From positions 72,743-136,742 of the forward strand of contig JAZLJO010000014.1 of assembly GCA_045617905.1 (NCBI GenBank): a stretch of DNA of 64,000 nucleotides, read 5' to 3'. The position numbers and the translations under genes were made by a program. Positions within the stretch are counted from its first letter, which is position 1. Every line of letters begins with the position of its first letter. A model generated the notes under the pieces. The model saw only the letters and a program-made list of their open reading frames with translations, did no database searches and had not been told where the DNA came from. Below, one piece after another: positions 37,360 to 47,300 of this stretch. This DNA comes from Candidatus Enterousia sp. GTDB taxonomy: Bacteria; Pseudomonadota; Alphaproteobacteria; Rs-D84.

Positions 37360-37386
37360 AACGGGGAATTTCCCCGTTTTTTTTTA
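37360..37386 (+). terminator. intrinsic terminator (aACGGGGAAttTCCCCGTttttttttt)
   Basis: Hairpin plus T9 after the ferredoxin gene. Confidence 0.65.
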
Positions 37387-37596
37387 CACCCAAAGCGTAT
37401 CTTTATTCCATTTGTTTCGTAATTTATTTCATTAATCAAATTACTGTACCCACATTATCAAATATATCAAAAATACATAACCATATATCTGCATACGTAA
37501 TATATTTTTATTCGTCAAAAACATTATCGATTTTTTATATTGCAAAAATGCGGTTTGTATATCACAATATATCCCGTTAAATTCAGAGGTTAAAAT

Positions 37597-38958
37597 ATGC
37601 CAGCAAAAACAGTTAATGATATTGTCGCATTATGCAAACGACGTGGTTTCATATTCACAGGTTCCGAAATTTATGGTGGTTTGGGTGGTGCATATGATTA
37701 TGGTCCATATGGTGTTGAATTAATGAAAAACATTAAAAATGCCTGGTGGAACGCAATGATTTATTCGCGCAATGATATCGAAGGGTTAGACGCCGCGTTA
37801 ATCAGCAATCGCTTAATGTGGAAATATTCTGGGCACGAAGGCAGTTTTTCTGACCCATTGGTTGAATGCAAAAAATGTGGTGCACGTATGCGTCAAGACA
37901 AAATGATTGACCAAACAAAATGTGATAATTGTGGCAGCACTGAAATCAGTGCCCCACGTGAATATCAATTAATGATGGGATTGTCAATCGGTGCAACAGC
38001 AGATGGTGCAATTAACGCATATTTGCGTCCAGAGACAGCCACAACGACATATGTTAATTTCAAAAATGTATTAGACGCTAAACCACATAAGTTACCGTTT
38101 GGAATTGCCCAAATTGGTAAAGCATTTCGCAATGAAATTTCACCACGTAATTTTGTATTTCGTATGCGTGAATTTGAACAGGCTGAAATGCAATATTTTG
38201 TTCGTCCAGGTGATGACGAGACACAACACGAACAATGGAAAAAAATCCGCATGGATTGGTGGATAAATGTTTTAGGAATACCCGCAGAAAAATTACGTTT
38301 CACCCCACACGATAAATTAGCCCACTATGCCAAGGCAGCCTTTGACATTGAATACGAATTTCCAGATGGGTTTGATGAAGTAGAAGGAATTCACAATCGT
38401 CAAGATTTTGATTTAGGTTCACACACAAAATCACAAAGCGAATTCAAAATCAACGCAAATGTATTGGAAAACAAAGACAGCATAACCAAATTATCATACA
38501 GTGACCCACAAACCGGTGATAATTTTATACCGTTTGTAATCGAAACCGCAATGGGTGTAAACCGTGCAATGTTGGCCGTTATGATAGAAGCATATACAGA
38601 CGAACAATTACCTGATGGTAAATCGCGCACAGTATTGAAATTAAAGCCCAAATTAGCCCCTGTAAAGGCCGCTGTTATACCGTTGGCACGAAATGTTCCA
38701 GAATTGTTGGATACTGCAAATAACATTGAAAATGAATTACGTAAATTGGCCATTGGACGCATTGAATTAGAAAATTCCGGCAACATTGGTAAAAATTACC
38801 GTAGACACGATGAAATTGGTACCCCAGTATGTATAACTGTTGATCACCAAACATTGGAAGATGATACGGTAACATTACGTCATCGAGATACAATGTCCCA
38901 AGAACGTGTTAATATTAAAGACGTCCCAAAACGTGTTCTGGAAATAATTAACAGTTAA
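37597..38958 (+). CDS. glyQS: glycine--tRNA ligase, alpha2 (GlyQS, eukaryote/archaeal-like) type
   Basis: IVALCKRRGFIFTGSEIYGGLGGAYDYGPYGVELMKN... matches the dimeric class II GlyRS N-terminus. 453 aa. Confidence 0.8.
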   Translation: MPAKTVNDIVALCKRRGFIFTGSEIYGGLGGAYDYGPYGVELMKNIKNAWWNAMIYSRNDIEGLDAALISNRLMWKYSGHEGSFSDPLVECKKCGARMRQDKMIDQTKCDNCGSTEISAPREYQLMMGLSIGATADGAINAYLRPETATTTYVNFKNVLDAKPHKLPFGIAQIGKAFRNEISPRNFVFRMREFEQAEMQYFVRPGDDETQHEQWKKIRMDWWINVLGIPAEKLRFTPHDKLAHYAKAAFDIEYEFPDGFDEVEGIHNRQDFDLGSHTKSQSEFKINANVLENKDSITKLSYSDPQTGDNFIPFVIETAMGVNRAMLAVMIEAYTDEQLPDGKSRTVLKLKPKLAPVKAAVIPLARNVPELLDTANNIENELRKLAIGRIELENSGNIGKNYRRHDEIGTPVCITVDHQTLEDDTVTLRHRDTMSQERVNIKDVPKRVLEIINS

Positions 38959-38962
38959 GGAA

Positions 38963-38986
38963 AAAACGCCCTTTGGGGCGTTTTTG
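38963..38986 (+). terminator. intrinsic terminator (aaaACGCCCtttGGGGCGTtttt)
   Basis: Hairpin plus T-run after glyQS. Confidence 0.6.
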
Positions 38987-39041
38987 TATTACATAATTTT
39001 TATGTTATAATTTCATAAAACATATAAAGGTTCTTTATACA

Positions 39042-41675
39042 ATGGAATACCAAGGTCTAACATCTGCCCAAGTAATTGCAAACCGTAAAAAATACGGTGC
39101 AAATATTTTACCAAAACAAAAAACAAAAAACATTTTTGACTTTTTATACGAAATTTTTACAGACAAACTGAATATGATTTTAGTATTCCTAGCATTGGTA
39201 TTCATTATATTATCAATTCTGGGAATGGGCAGTTTAACCGAAGCCATAGGTATACTGTTCATATTATTTTTAATTGCAATAATTGATACTGCAACAGGAT
39301 TACGTGCACAACACCATACACAAAAATTACAAGAATTAGTCACGTTGCGGCATTGCGACGTCATCAGAAATGGGAAAATACAAAAAATTAAAACAACCGA
39401 TATTGTGGTTGATGATATAATAATATTACACACAGGTGATTCTATTCATGCCGATGGCTATTTATTATCTGGTGAAATATCTGTTGATAATTCTATATTA
39501 AATGGTGAATCAGAACCCGTAAAAAAACATTCTATTAACAATTATAAATATAATCCGGACAAAAAAATTACCGGTGATTCATACGTTGATAAAAACAGTC
39601 TATTTGCAGGAACAACCATACAATCTGGTCGCGGCATAATGATTGCGACACGTGTTGGCACCGGCACAGAAAATGGAAAAATATTGACCAGCATTCAAAA
39701 CATTTCTGCCCCAAAAACATCATTGGATATTCAATTAGATAACATGGCAACCAAAATCAGCAAATGGGGAATCATTGGTGCCATAATTGTTGGTACAGCT
39801 ATAATTACAACAGATATTATTAATCTGGGCGGAATAAATGCATTTTTTACAGACAACAAATTAAATATAATTTCAAACATATTATCTGCATTGGCAATTT
39901 CGTTAACAATTATTGCAGCCGCTGTTCCAGAAGGGCTGCCATTAATTGTCAGTTTAATAATATCACAAAATGCACGTAAAATGGTTAAACATAACGTGTT
40001 GACCAAATATGCCAATAAAATACCCGAAGCCGCAAATATTCAAATACTGTGCACAGATAAAACCGGAACATTAACACATGCAAGTCTATCCCCTGTTGCA
40101 AATTTTTTAGGCAATGGGACAAAAATATCATTTATCGCCAACACCAAAACAAATGAAATATTTTTTCATAACGTTATATTGAACAGTGGTGCCACATACG
40201 ATACAAACAATAACATATCAGGTGGAAATGCAACTGGACGGGCGTTATTAAATTTAATTAAACCCAACAACAAAATTTTTACAAAATTAAAATCAGATAA
40301 AATTCAACGTGAAATTCCCTTTGACAGTTCCAACAAGTATTCTGCGACTGAAATAAAAAACGATATGCAAACATATACATATGTTATGGGGGCCCCAGAA
40401 CTGTTATTAAAAAAATGTACCAAATACATGGATGAAAACGGAAATATAAAAAAATTAAATCGTAAAAAAATAACCGATTTAATTTTAGAAAAATCTGATC
40501 AAGCCATGCGCTTAGTTGCCACAGCATATTGTAACAAGCCATTAGAAAAAAATGGCTTGCCAAATGAGATGATTTTTATATGTTTAACATCATTACGCGA
40601 TAAAATTCGTGACGGTGTTCCACACGCAGTTAAAACAATGCAAAATGCCCATGTACAAGTTGTTATGATTACAGGCGACGCATTGAATACGGCACGCGCA
40701 ATTGCATATGACACAAAAATAATGAATAAAAATTCTGATGATATTGCAATAAATGCAACTGAATTAGATAATATGTCAGATAATGAAATATTAAAAATAT
40801 TACCACGTTTGCGTGTTGTTGCACGTGCAATACCATCAACAAAATTAAAATTAGTACATTTGGCACAAAGTATGGGACTGTGTATCGGCATGTGTGGGGA
40901 CGGAACAAATGATGCACCAGCATTAAAATTAGCCGATGTAGGCTTTGCAATGGGATCAGGAACAGACGTTGCCAAATCGGCTGCCGACATAATAATCACA
41001 GATGATAATTTTGTTTCAATAACAAATGCAGTATTATTAGGGCGTACATTTTTACATAATATAAAAATGTTTTTGCATTTCCAATTACCAATAAATATTT
41101 GGTTAATGACGATTTGTTTGATTTTTCCACTGGTTACAGGGGAACCAGCATTTTGGGCAACACAAATTTTAATAATCAACATTATTATGGACAGTTTAAA
41201 TTCGTTGGCATTTGGGGGCGAGCCCCCAAAACCAGAATACATGTATGACCCAATTGTGGCTAAAGGGACCGCATTGATACCAACCAAAGACATTCATAGC
41301 ATTATATGGAGTATTACGGGGTTTATGTTTACATTTGGGTTATTGTATATTCCACAAATTGCCAACCAATTTAATACAACCGGTCAAATGATAACCGCCC
41401 GTTTTGTATTATTAATTTTTGCAGCGATGTTAAACGGATTTAACATACGATCAACAACAATAGATCCTTTGTACAAAATACAGACAAACCCAATATTTTT
41501 GTTAATAACATTATTGGTATTTTTTGCAACAATACTTATGGTACAATTTGGTGGTCCCATGTTTCATATTGATAAATTAAATACCCATCAATGGTTAATA
41601 TTGTTTTATATTTCTTTGTTAATATTACCATGGGGAATAATCGGAAAAATGCTACAAAACAAAAAACGTGGTTGA
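39042..41675 (+). CDS. cation-transporting P-type ATPase (type II, Ca2+/Mg2+-ATPase-like)
   Basis: DKTGTLT phosphorylation motif, hinge GDGTNDAPALK, TGES-like region, 10 predicted TM helices. 877 aa. Confidence 0.8.
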   Translation: MEYQGLTSAQVIANRKKYGANILPKQKTKNIFDFLYEIFTDKLNMILVFLALVFIILSILGMGSLTEAIGILFILFLIAIIDTATGLRAQHHTQKLQELVTLRHCDVIRNGKIQKIKTTDIVVDDIIILHTGDSIHADGYLLSGEISVDNSILNGESEPVKKHSINNYKYNPDKKITGDSYVDKNSLFAGTTIQSGRGIMIATRVGTGTENGKILTSIQNISAPKTSLDIQLDNMATKISKWGIIGAIIVGTAIITTDIINLGGINAFFTDNKLNIISNILSALAISLTIIAAAVPEGLPLIVSLIISQNARKMVKHNVLTKYANKIPEAANIQILCTDKTGTLTHASLSPVANFLGNGTKISFIANTKTNEIFFHNVILNSGATYDTNNNISGGNATGRALLNLIKPNNKIFTKLKSDKIQREIPFDSSNKYSATEIKNDMQTYTYVMGAPELLLKKCTKYMDENGNIKKLNRKKITDLILEKSDQAMRLVATAYCNKPLEKNGLPNEMIFICLTSLRDKIRDGVPHAVKTMQNAHVQVVMITGDALNTARAIAYDTKIMNKNSDDIAINATELDNMSDNEILKILPRLRVVARAIPSTKLKLVHLAQSMGLCIGMCGDGTNDAPALKLADVGFAMGSGTDVAKSAADIIITDDNFVSITNAVLLGRTFLHNIKMFLHFQLPINIWLMTICLIFPLVTGEPAFWATQILIINIIMDSLNSLAFGGEPPKPEYMYDPIVAKGTALIPTKDIHSIIWSITGFMFTFGLLYIPQIANQFNTTGQMITARFVLLIFAAMLNGFNIRSTTIDPLYKIQTNPIFLLITLLVFFATILMVQFGGPMFHIDKLNTHQWLILFYISLLILPWGIIGKMLQNKKRG

Positions 41676-42746
41676 TTATTCAACCACGTCTTCTTTTAAT
41701 TTTTCACGAATTTGTGCGACACGATGGGCACGAACTTCTATCATGTCATTCAAATTTGCCTTTGTTAAATCAGTCGTAAATTTGATTGAATTTGCAAACG
41801 CCAACGCATCACTGTTTCCATGCGTTTTAACCGCAAATCCTTTCAAACCTAAAAACGTTGCACCGGCATATGAACGCGGATCAATTTTATGTTTTAAACG
41901 TTTAAAAACATGAACCAAAAAGAAACCACCAACAATAGCCAAAACAGATTTTTTCAAATTTTCAACCAACACACGTTTTATCAAACGCGCAGTTCCTTCA
42001 ACCGTTTTTAATACAATATTACCAGTGAACCCATCGGTTACAACAACCTGAACATTACCAGCACTGATATCATTACCTTCAACAAAACCAACGTATTCAT
42101 ATGGTAATTCATCTTTGTGGGCCGCCAAGACATGATTTAAACGTTGTAATGTTTCATTTCCCTTGGTATCTTCTTCACCGATATTTAATACCCCCAATTT
42201 TGGTCGCGGCATTTTTCCAATAACTTCGGCATAAACACTGCCCAATATGGCAAAATCAAACAAAATAGTTTCATCACATTGAACATTTGCCCCTAAATCT
42301 AAAACAACCACACGTGAATCACCACCACCAGACGGTAACATTGTTGTAATTGCCGGTCTTGAAATACCATCAATTGTTTTTAATGCCAATTTGGATAACG
42401 ACATCAAAATACCGGTATTACCCGCACTAATAACCGCAGCACTATTACCTTCGCGGACATCTTTGATTGCCATATACATTGATGTATCCTGGGCATGACG
42501 GATAACATCACGAACCTTATCTGTTCCTTTGACAACATCCGGTGCATGAACAATTTGACAGTTACGTGCAACACGGGGATATTTTGCCATCAAACGTGTT
42601 AAAACCTGTTCATCTCCAAAAACACGAAAATGAACATTATCTTCGCCATATTGATACAAGAATTGATTTATTCCACCCAACGCAGCATTTGGGCCTTTGT
42701 CGCCCCCCATAGCATCAATAGAAATAATTTTTTTATCAGACATCAT
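41676..42746 (-). CDS. plsX: phosphate acyltransferase PlsX
   Basis: MMSDKKIISIDAMGGDKGP... Start trimmed from the track's longer ORF. plsX–rpmF synteny. Confidence 0.8.
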   Translation of the reverse strand: MMSDKKIISIDAMGGDKGPNAALGGINQFLYQYGEDNVHFRVFGDEQVLTRLMAKYPRVARNCQIVHAPDVVKGTDKVRDVIRHAQDTSMYMAIKDVREGNSAAVISAGNTGILMSLSKLALKTIDGISRPAITTMLPSGGGDSRVVVLDLGANVQCDETILFDFAILGSVYAEVIGKMPRPKLGVLNIGEEDTKGNETLQRLNHVLAAHKDELPYEYVGFVEGNDISAGNVQVVVTDGFTGNIVLKTVEGTARLIKRVLVENLKKSVLAIVGGFFLVHVFKRLKHKIDPRSYAGATFLGLKGFAVKTHGNSDALAFANSIKFTTDLTKANLNDMIEVRAHRVAQIREKLKEDVVE

Positions 42747-42818
42747 TATAATATAAAAAAAGCAGAAAGGCACCTTGGTGTGCCCTTAAATCTGCCTAAT
42801 TAATTTTTAACCCAAGCA

Positions 42819-42968
42819 TTACTTTGAACCACATGCGGCACAAACATGATGTGGACGTTTCTTTTCACCACAAGTCTTGCATACCCCACATGGCATAATT
42901 GTCAAAGCATCATGTGAACGACGTTGTGCTGAACGTGCTTTACTGGTCTTACTTTTTGGCGTTGCCAT
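42819..42968 (-). CDS. rpmF: 50S ribosomal protein L32
   Basis: MATPKSKTSKARSAQRRSH...CGEKKRPHHVC. AAGGA RBS. The track's ORF carries a spurious N-terminal extension. Confidence 0.8.
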   Translation of the reverse strand: MATPKSKTSKARSAQRRSHDALTIMPCGVCKTCGEKKRPHHVCAACGSK

Positions 42969-43107
42969 TTCAATATCCTTTTTATTTACAATTTTGTATT
43001 TTATTACAATCTGACGGCATTGCAAGAAAAACTTTCACTGCAATCCGCAATCTTTATTGTCCCTTTGGCACATAAATTGTATGCACCAAAGGAACGATCT
43101 TAATGGA

Positions 43108-46100
43108 TTATATATCCATCAACTGTTGTTGTTCCCCGCCTTCGCGTGCCAATTTTTCTGCCTTTTCTTCGGCTTTGGCAATTTCACGAACACGACGGAC
43201 ATACGCACCTGTACCAATTGGAATCAAACGACCAACAATCAGGTTTTCATTGATACCAACCAATTTATCAGTTGAACCAGAAATCGCTGCATCCACCAAT
43301 ACCTTTGTGGTTTGTTGGAACGATGCATTTGATATAAATGAACGTGACGTTAATGATGCACGGGTTAAACCAACCAACACCTGAGATGCTTCGGCTAATT
43401 TTCCCCCATCACGTGCAACACGTGCATTTTCTTCTTCAAAATCAACACGATCAACAACCTGTCCCATCAAGAATCCAGTATCCCCAGGATTCGTGATTTC
43501 AACACGACGTGTCATTTCACGTATCAAGATTTCAATATGTTTATCATTGATACTTACACCCTGCAAACGATAAACCTGTTGAATTTGTTCAACCATAAAT
43601 GTTGCCAATGCTTTTTGTCCCAAAATACGCAAAATATCTTGTGGAACAGAATCACCATCAACTAATTTATCGGCTTTGCGAACAACATCACCGCTGCGAA
43701 CCAACAAATTTGTTCCCTTTGGCACAGCATATTCGAACGGTGCAGATCCATCATCCGGTTCAATACGAATTATTATCTTAGATTTTGCATCTTCCAACTC
43801 AACTGTACCATCTATCTCAGCCAACAATGCAGGATTTGCGGGACGACGAACTTCTAATAATTCATTAACACGTGGCAAACCACCAGTAATATCCCCAGTC
43901 TTTTTCGCCTGTACTGGAATACGTGCCAAAACATCCCCAGCAGCAACCGTTGCACCATTTGCAACATTCAACACAGAATATGTTGGAACCATATATTCGG
44001 CAATCTTTTTACCACCCAAAGATACAACATTACCCTTTTCATCAACCAATGTGATTGATGGGTTTAATGCCTTTTTAGTATTCGCTTTCCAATTAATAAC
44101 CTTGCGTGAAACGATACCTGTCATTGGATCAACTTCTTCCTGATAAGAAACGTTTTCTACCAAATCTTTGAATTGAACGATACCGTCTTTTTCTGCAATT
44201 ATTGTATTGGAATATGGATCCCATTCCGCAACCTTGGCACCTTTTTCAACCTTATCCCCATTATTAACAATCAACATTGACGAATACGGTAAATCTGCTG
44301 TAAATAACTGTGTTCCAGCTTCATCAACAACAGACAATTTACCATTGCGTGACAAAACGACAACACGACCAACAGAATTCTTAATCGTATTTACACCCGT
44401 TAATTCAATTTTACCAGCAACCGGGACTTCGATAAAATGACTTTCCGCACTGCCACCGGCAATACCACCGATATGGAAAGTACGCAATGTCAACTGCGTT
44501 CCAGGTTCACCAATAGATTGTCCCGCAATAACCCCAACAGCTTCACCAACATGAACCAAAGCATTACGCGACAAATCCATACCGTAACATTTTGCACACA
44601 AACCATCACTGCAACATGTCAAAACACTGCGAACATCAACAGATGGCAAACCAGATTCATTAATTTTTCTGGCGGCAACCTTATCAATGTATTCACCTGC
44701 TGGAACTATCATTTCTTTGGTAATTGGATGAATAATATCACGTGCAGCGGTACGTCCAAATACGACATCACCCAATGCAACAGACAATGTTGCCCCCTGA
44801 TAAACAGGTTTTGCAGTAATGTATTCAGATGTTCCACAATCATGCTCTGTAATAACTGTATTTTGTGCCAATTCAACCAAACGACGTGTCAAATATCCAG
44901 CATCAGCTGTTTTCAACGCTGTATCTGACATACCCTTACGCGCACCGTGTGTAGACGTAAAGTATTCCGCCATTGTCAAACCTTCTTTAAAGTTCGAAAT
45001 AATTGGAACTTCAATAATCGAACCATCTGGTTTTGCCATCATACCACGCATACCCGACAACTGTTTAATCTGGTCCTTGGAACCACGGGCACCAGACAAT
45101 GCCATCATCAAAACCGAGTTCCAATTATCACCGGTTGTTTTACCCAATGCAGCATATGCCAAATCAGCCAATTTATCTGTTGTTTTCTGCCACAAATCGA
45201 TCAATTTGTTATGACGTTCACCACCAGATAACAAACCGTTTTGATATTGTCCTTCGATTTCTTCAGCCGCTTTGTTTGCCTCTTCTATCATGGATTTCTT
45301 TTCAACAGGAATCACAATATCATCGAAACCAATTGAAATACCACTGCGAGCTGCTTGTTCAAAACCTGTATTTTTCAACGAATCAGCTAAGATAATCATC
45401 GCCTTGTCGCCACAACGTTCATATGTTGTTGCCAACAAAGATTCAATTTCTTTTTTGCCCATAACTTTGTTTACCAAATCAAATGGCATATTATCTGATT
45501 GTGGCAACAATTGTCCCAAAATCATACGTCCCGCGGTCGTTTTATAAATTTTACCGTTGATACGGGCAATAATTGGTGTATGTAAAGTAATGGTTTTGTT
45601 TTCCAACGCCATTTTTACCTCATCCATACTGGCAAAACGTGATGATTTTTCAGTATGTTCACCATTAATCAATGAAATATAGTAAACACCCAAAACCATG
45701 TCCTGTGTCGGAACAATCATTGGCTTACCATTTGCTGGTGACAATACATTATTTGATGCCAACATCAATGTACGGGCTTCTAATTGGGCCTCTAATGAAA
45801 TTGGAACGTGAACAGACATCTGGTCACCGTCAAAGTCGGCATTAAATCCAGCACAAACCAATGGATGTAAACGTATGGCCTTGCCTTCAATCAAAACAGG
45901 TTCAAATGCCAACAATGACAAACGATGCAACGTTGGTGCACGGTTCAACAAAACCGGATGTTCATAGATAACTTTTTCCAAAATTTCCCATACGATATCT
46001 TCACCATTTTCAACCATTTTGCGTGCTGTTTTCAATGTATTCGCATAATCACCAGCCAATAAACGTGCAAAAACAAACGGTTTAAACAATTCTAATGCCA

Positions 46101-47217
46101 TTGCCTTCGGCAAACCAACCTGATGCAATTTCAAACTTGGTCCTGATACAATAACAGAACGTCCGGAATAATCAACACGTTTACCCAACAAATTCATACG
46201 GAAACGTCCTGACTTACCACGCAAAGAATCCGATAATGATTTTAATGGACGGCGGTTTTGTGAAACCATTGGACGTGCCTTGTGTCCGTTATCGAATAAT
46301 GAATCAACTGCTTCTTGCAACATACGTTTTTCATTACGAACAATAATCTCAGGTGCATGCATTTCCATGAAACGCTTTAAACGATTATTACGTATAATAA
46401 CACGACGATACAAATCATTTAAATCAGATGCCGCAATATTCCCAGCATTTAACGTTACCAACGGACGCATATCTGGTGGTATTACCGGCAAAATATCTGG
46501 CAACATCCAAGCTGGATCTGTCTTTGAATCCAAAAATGCTTCAACCAATTTCAATTGCTTAATCATTGCCTTGCGCTTAGATTCAGATTTTGTTTCCGGT
46601 AATTCTGCACGTAAACGAGTCCGTTCATCACCCATATCTAAGTTTGCAATTATGCTGCGAATGCCTTCGGCCCCAATACCGACACGAAACGCATCTGCCC
46701 CAAATTCTTCAACCGCATTTTGATATTCATCTTCACTGATAACATCATACTGTTTCAAATTAGTCAAACCTGGTTCGATAACGATGTATGCATCGTACGA
46801 AATAACCTGCTCTAATTTTTTCTGTGGCAAATTATTTAACAATGTTGCGATTTTACCTTCACGTAAAAACCATGTATGTGCAACAGGTATTGCCAATTTA
46901 ATATGTCCCATACGTTCGCGGCGAACAGATGACGAACCAACCTCAACACCACAACGTTCACAAACGACACCACGGAATTTTATTCTTTTATATTTACCAC
47001 ATGCACACTCATAATCTTTGACTGGGCCAAAAATCTGCTGACAAAACAAGCCCTCTGCCTCTGGCTTTAACGAGTGATAATTAATCGTTTCTGGTTTTTT
47101 TACCTCTCCATGAGACCACGACAGAATTTCTTCTGGTGACGCAATGGTAATACGTAATGCGTCAAATTGCTCTTTATTTTCTATTTGTCCAAATATCTTC
47201 TGCAACATATTTGTCAT
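43108..47217 (-). CDS. rpoC: DNA-directed RNA polymerase subunit beta'
   Basis: 1369 aa. Zn-finger CxxC...C.C, NADFDGD active site. AAGGAG RBS. Confidence 0.95.
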   Translation of the reverse strand: MTNMLQKIFGQIENKEQFDALRITIASPEEILSWSHGEVKKPETINYHSLKPEAEGLFCQQIFGPVKDYECACGKYKRIKFRGVVCERCGVEVGSSSVRRERMGHIKLAIPVAHTWFLREGKIATLLNNLPQKKLEQVISYDAYIVIEPGLTNLKQYDVISEDEYQNAVEEFGADAFRVGIGAEGIRSIIANLDMGDERTRLRAELPETKSESKRKAMIKQLKLVEAFLDSKTDPAWMLPDILPVIPPDMRPLVTLNAGNIAASDLNDLYRRVIIRNNRLKRFMEMHAPEIIVRNEKRMLQEAVDSLFDNGHKARPMVSQNRRPLKSLSDSLRGKSGRFRMNLLGKRVDYSGRSVIVSGPSLKLHQVGLPKAMALELFKPFVFARLLAGDYANTLKTARKMVENGEDIVWEILEKVIYEHPVLLNRAPTLHRLSLLAFEPVLIEGKAIRLHPLVCAGFNADFDGDQMSVHVPISLEAQLEARTLMLASNNVLSPANGKPMIVPTQDMVLGVYYISLINGEHTEKSSRFASMDEVKMALENKTITLHTPIIARINGKIYKTTAGRMILGQLLPQSDNMPFDLVNKVMGKKEIESLLATTYERCGDKAMIILADSLKNTGFEQAARSGISIGFDDIVIPVEKKSMIEEANKAAEEIEGQYQNGLLSGGERHNKLIDLWQKTTDKLADLAYAALGKTTGDNWNSVLMMALSGARGSKDQIKQLSGMRGMMAKPDGSIIEVPIISNFKEGLTMAEYFTSTHGARKGMSDTALKTADAGYLTRRLVELAQNTVITEHDCGTSEYITAKPVYQGATLSVALGDVVFGRTAARDIIHPITKEMIVPAGEYIDKVAARKINESGLPSVDVRSVLTCCSDGLCAKCYGMDLSRNALVHVGEAVGVIAGQSIGEPGTQLTLRTFHIGGIAGGSAESHFIEVPVAGKIELTGVNTIKNSVGRVVVLSRNGKLSVVDEAGTQLFTADLPYSSMLIVNNGDKVEKGAKVAEWDPYSNTIIAEKDGIVQFKDLVENVSYQEEVDPMTGIVSRKVINWKANTKKALNPSITLVDEKGNVVSLGGKKIAEYMVPTYSVLNVANGATVAAGDVLARIPVQAKKTGDITGGLPRVNELLEVRRPANPALLAEIDGTVELEDAKSKIIIRIEPDDGSAPFEYAVPKGTNLLVRSGDVVRKADKLVDGDSVPQDILRILGQKALATFMVEQIQQVYRLQGVSINDKHIEILIREMTRRVEITNPGDTGFLMGQVVDRVDFEEENARVARDGGKLAEASQVLVGLTRASLTSRSFISNASFQQTTKVLVDAAISGSTDKLVGINENLIVGRLIPIGTGAYVRRVREIAKAEEKAEKLAREGGEQQQLMDI

Positions 47218-47300
47218 AAATTCTGCTCCTTTTCAAGTCGCGTTAAATTGAATATCCGTATTGATCGAATGGGAAAATCCCACCCGATCAATTTTGATTT

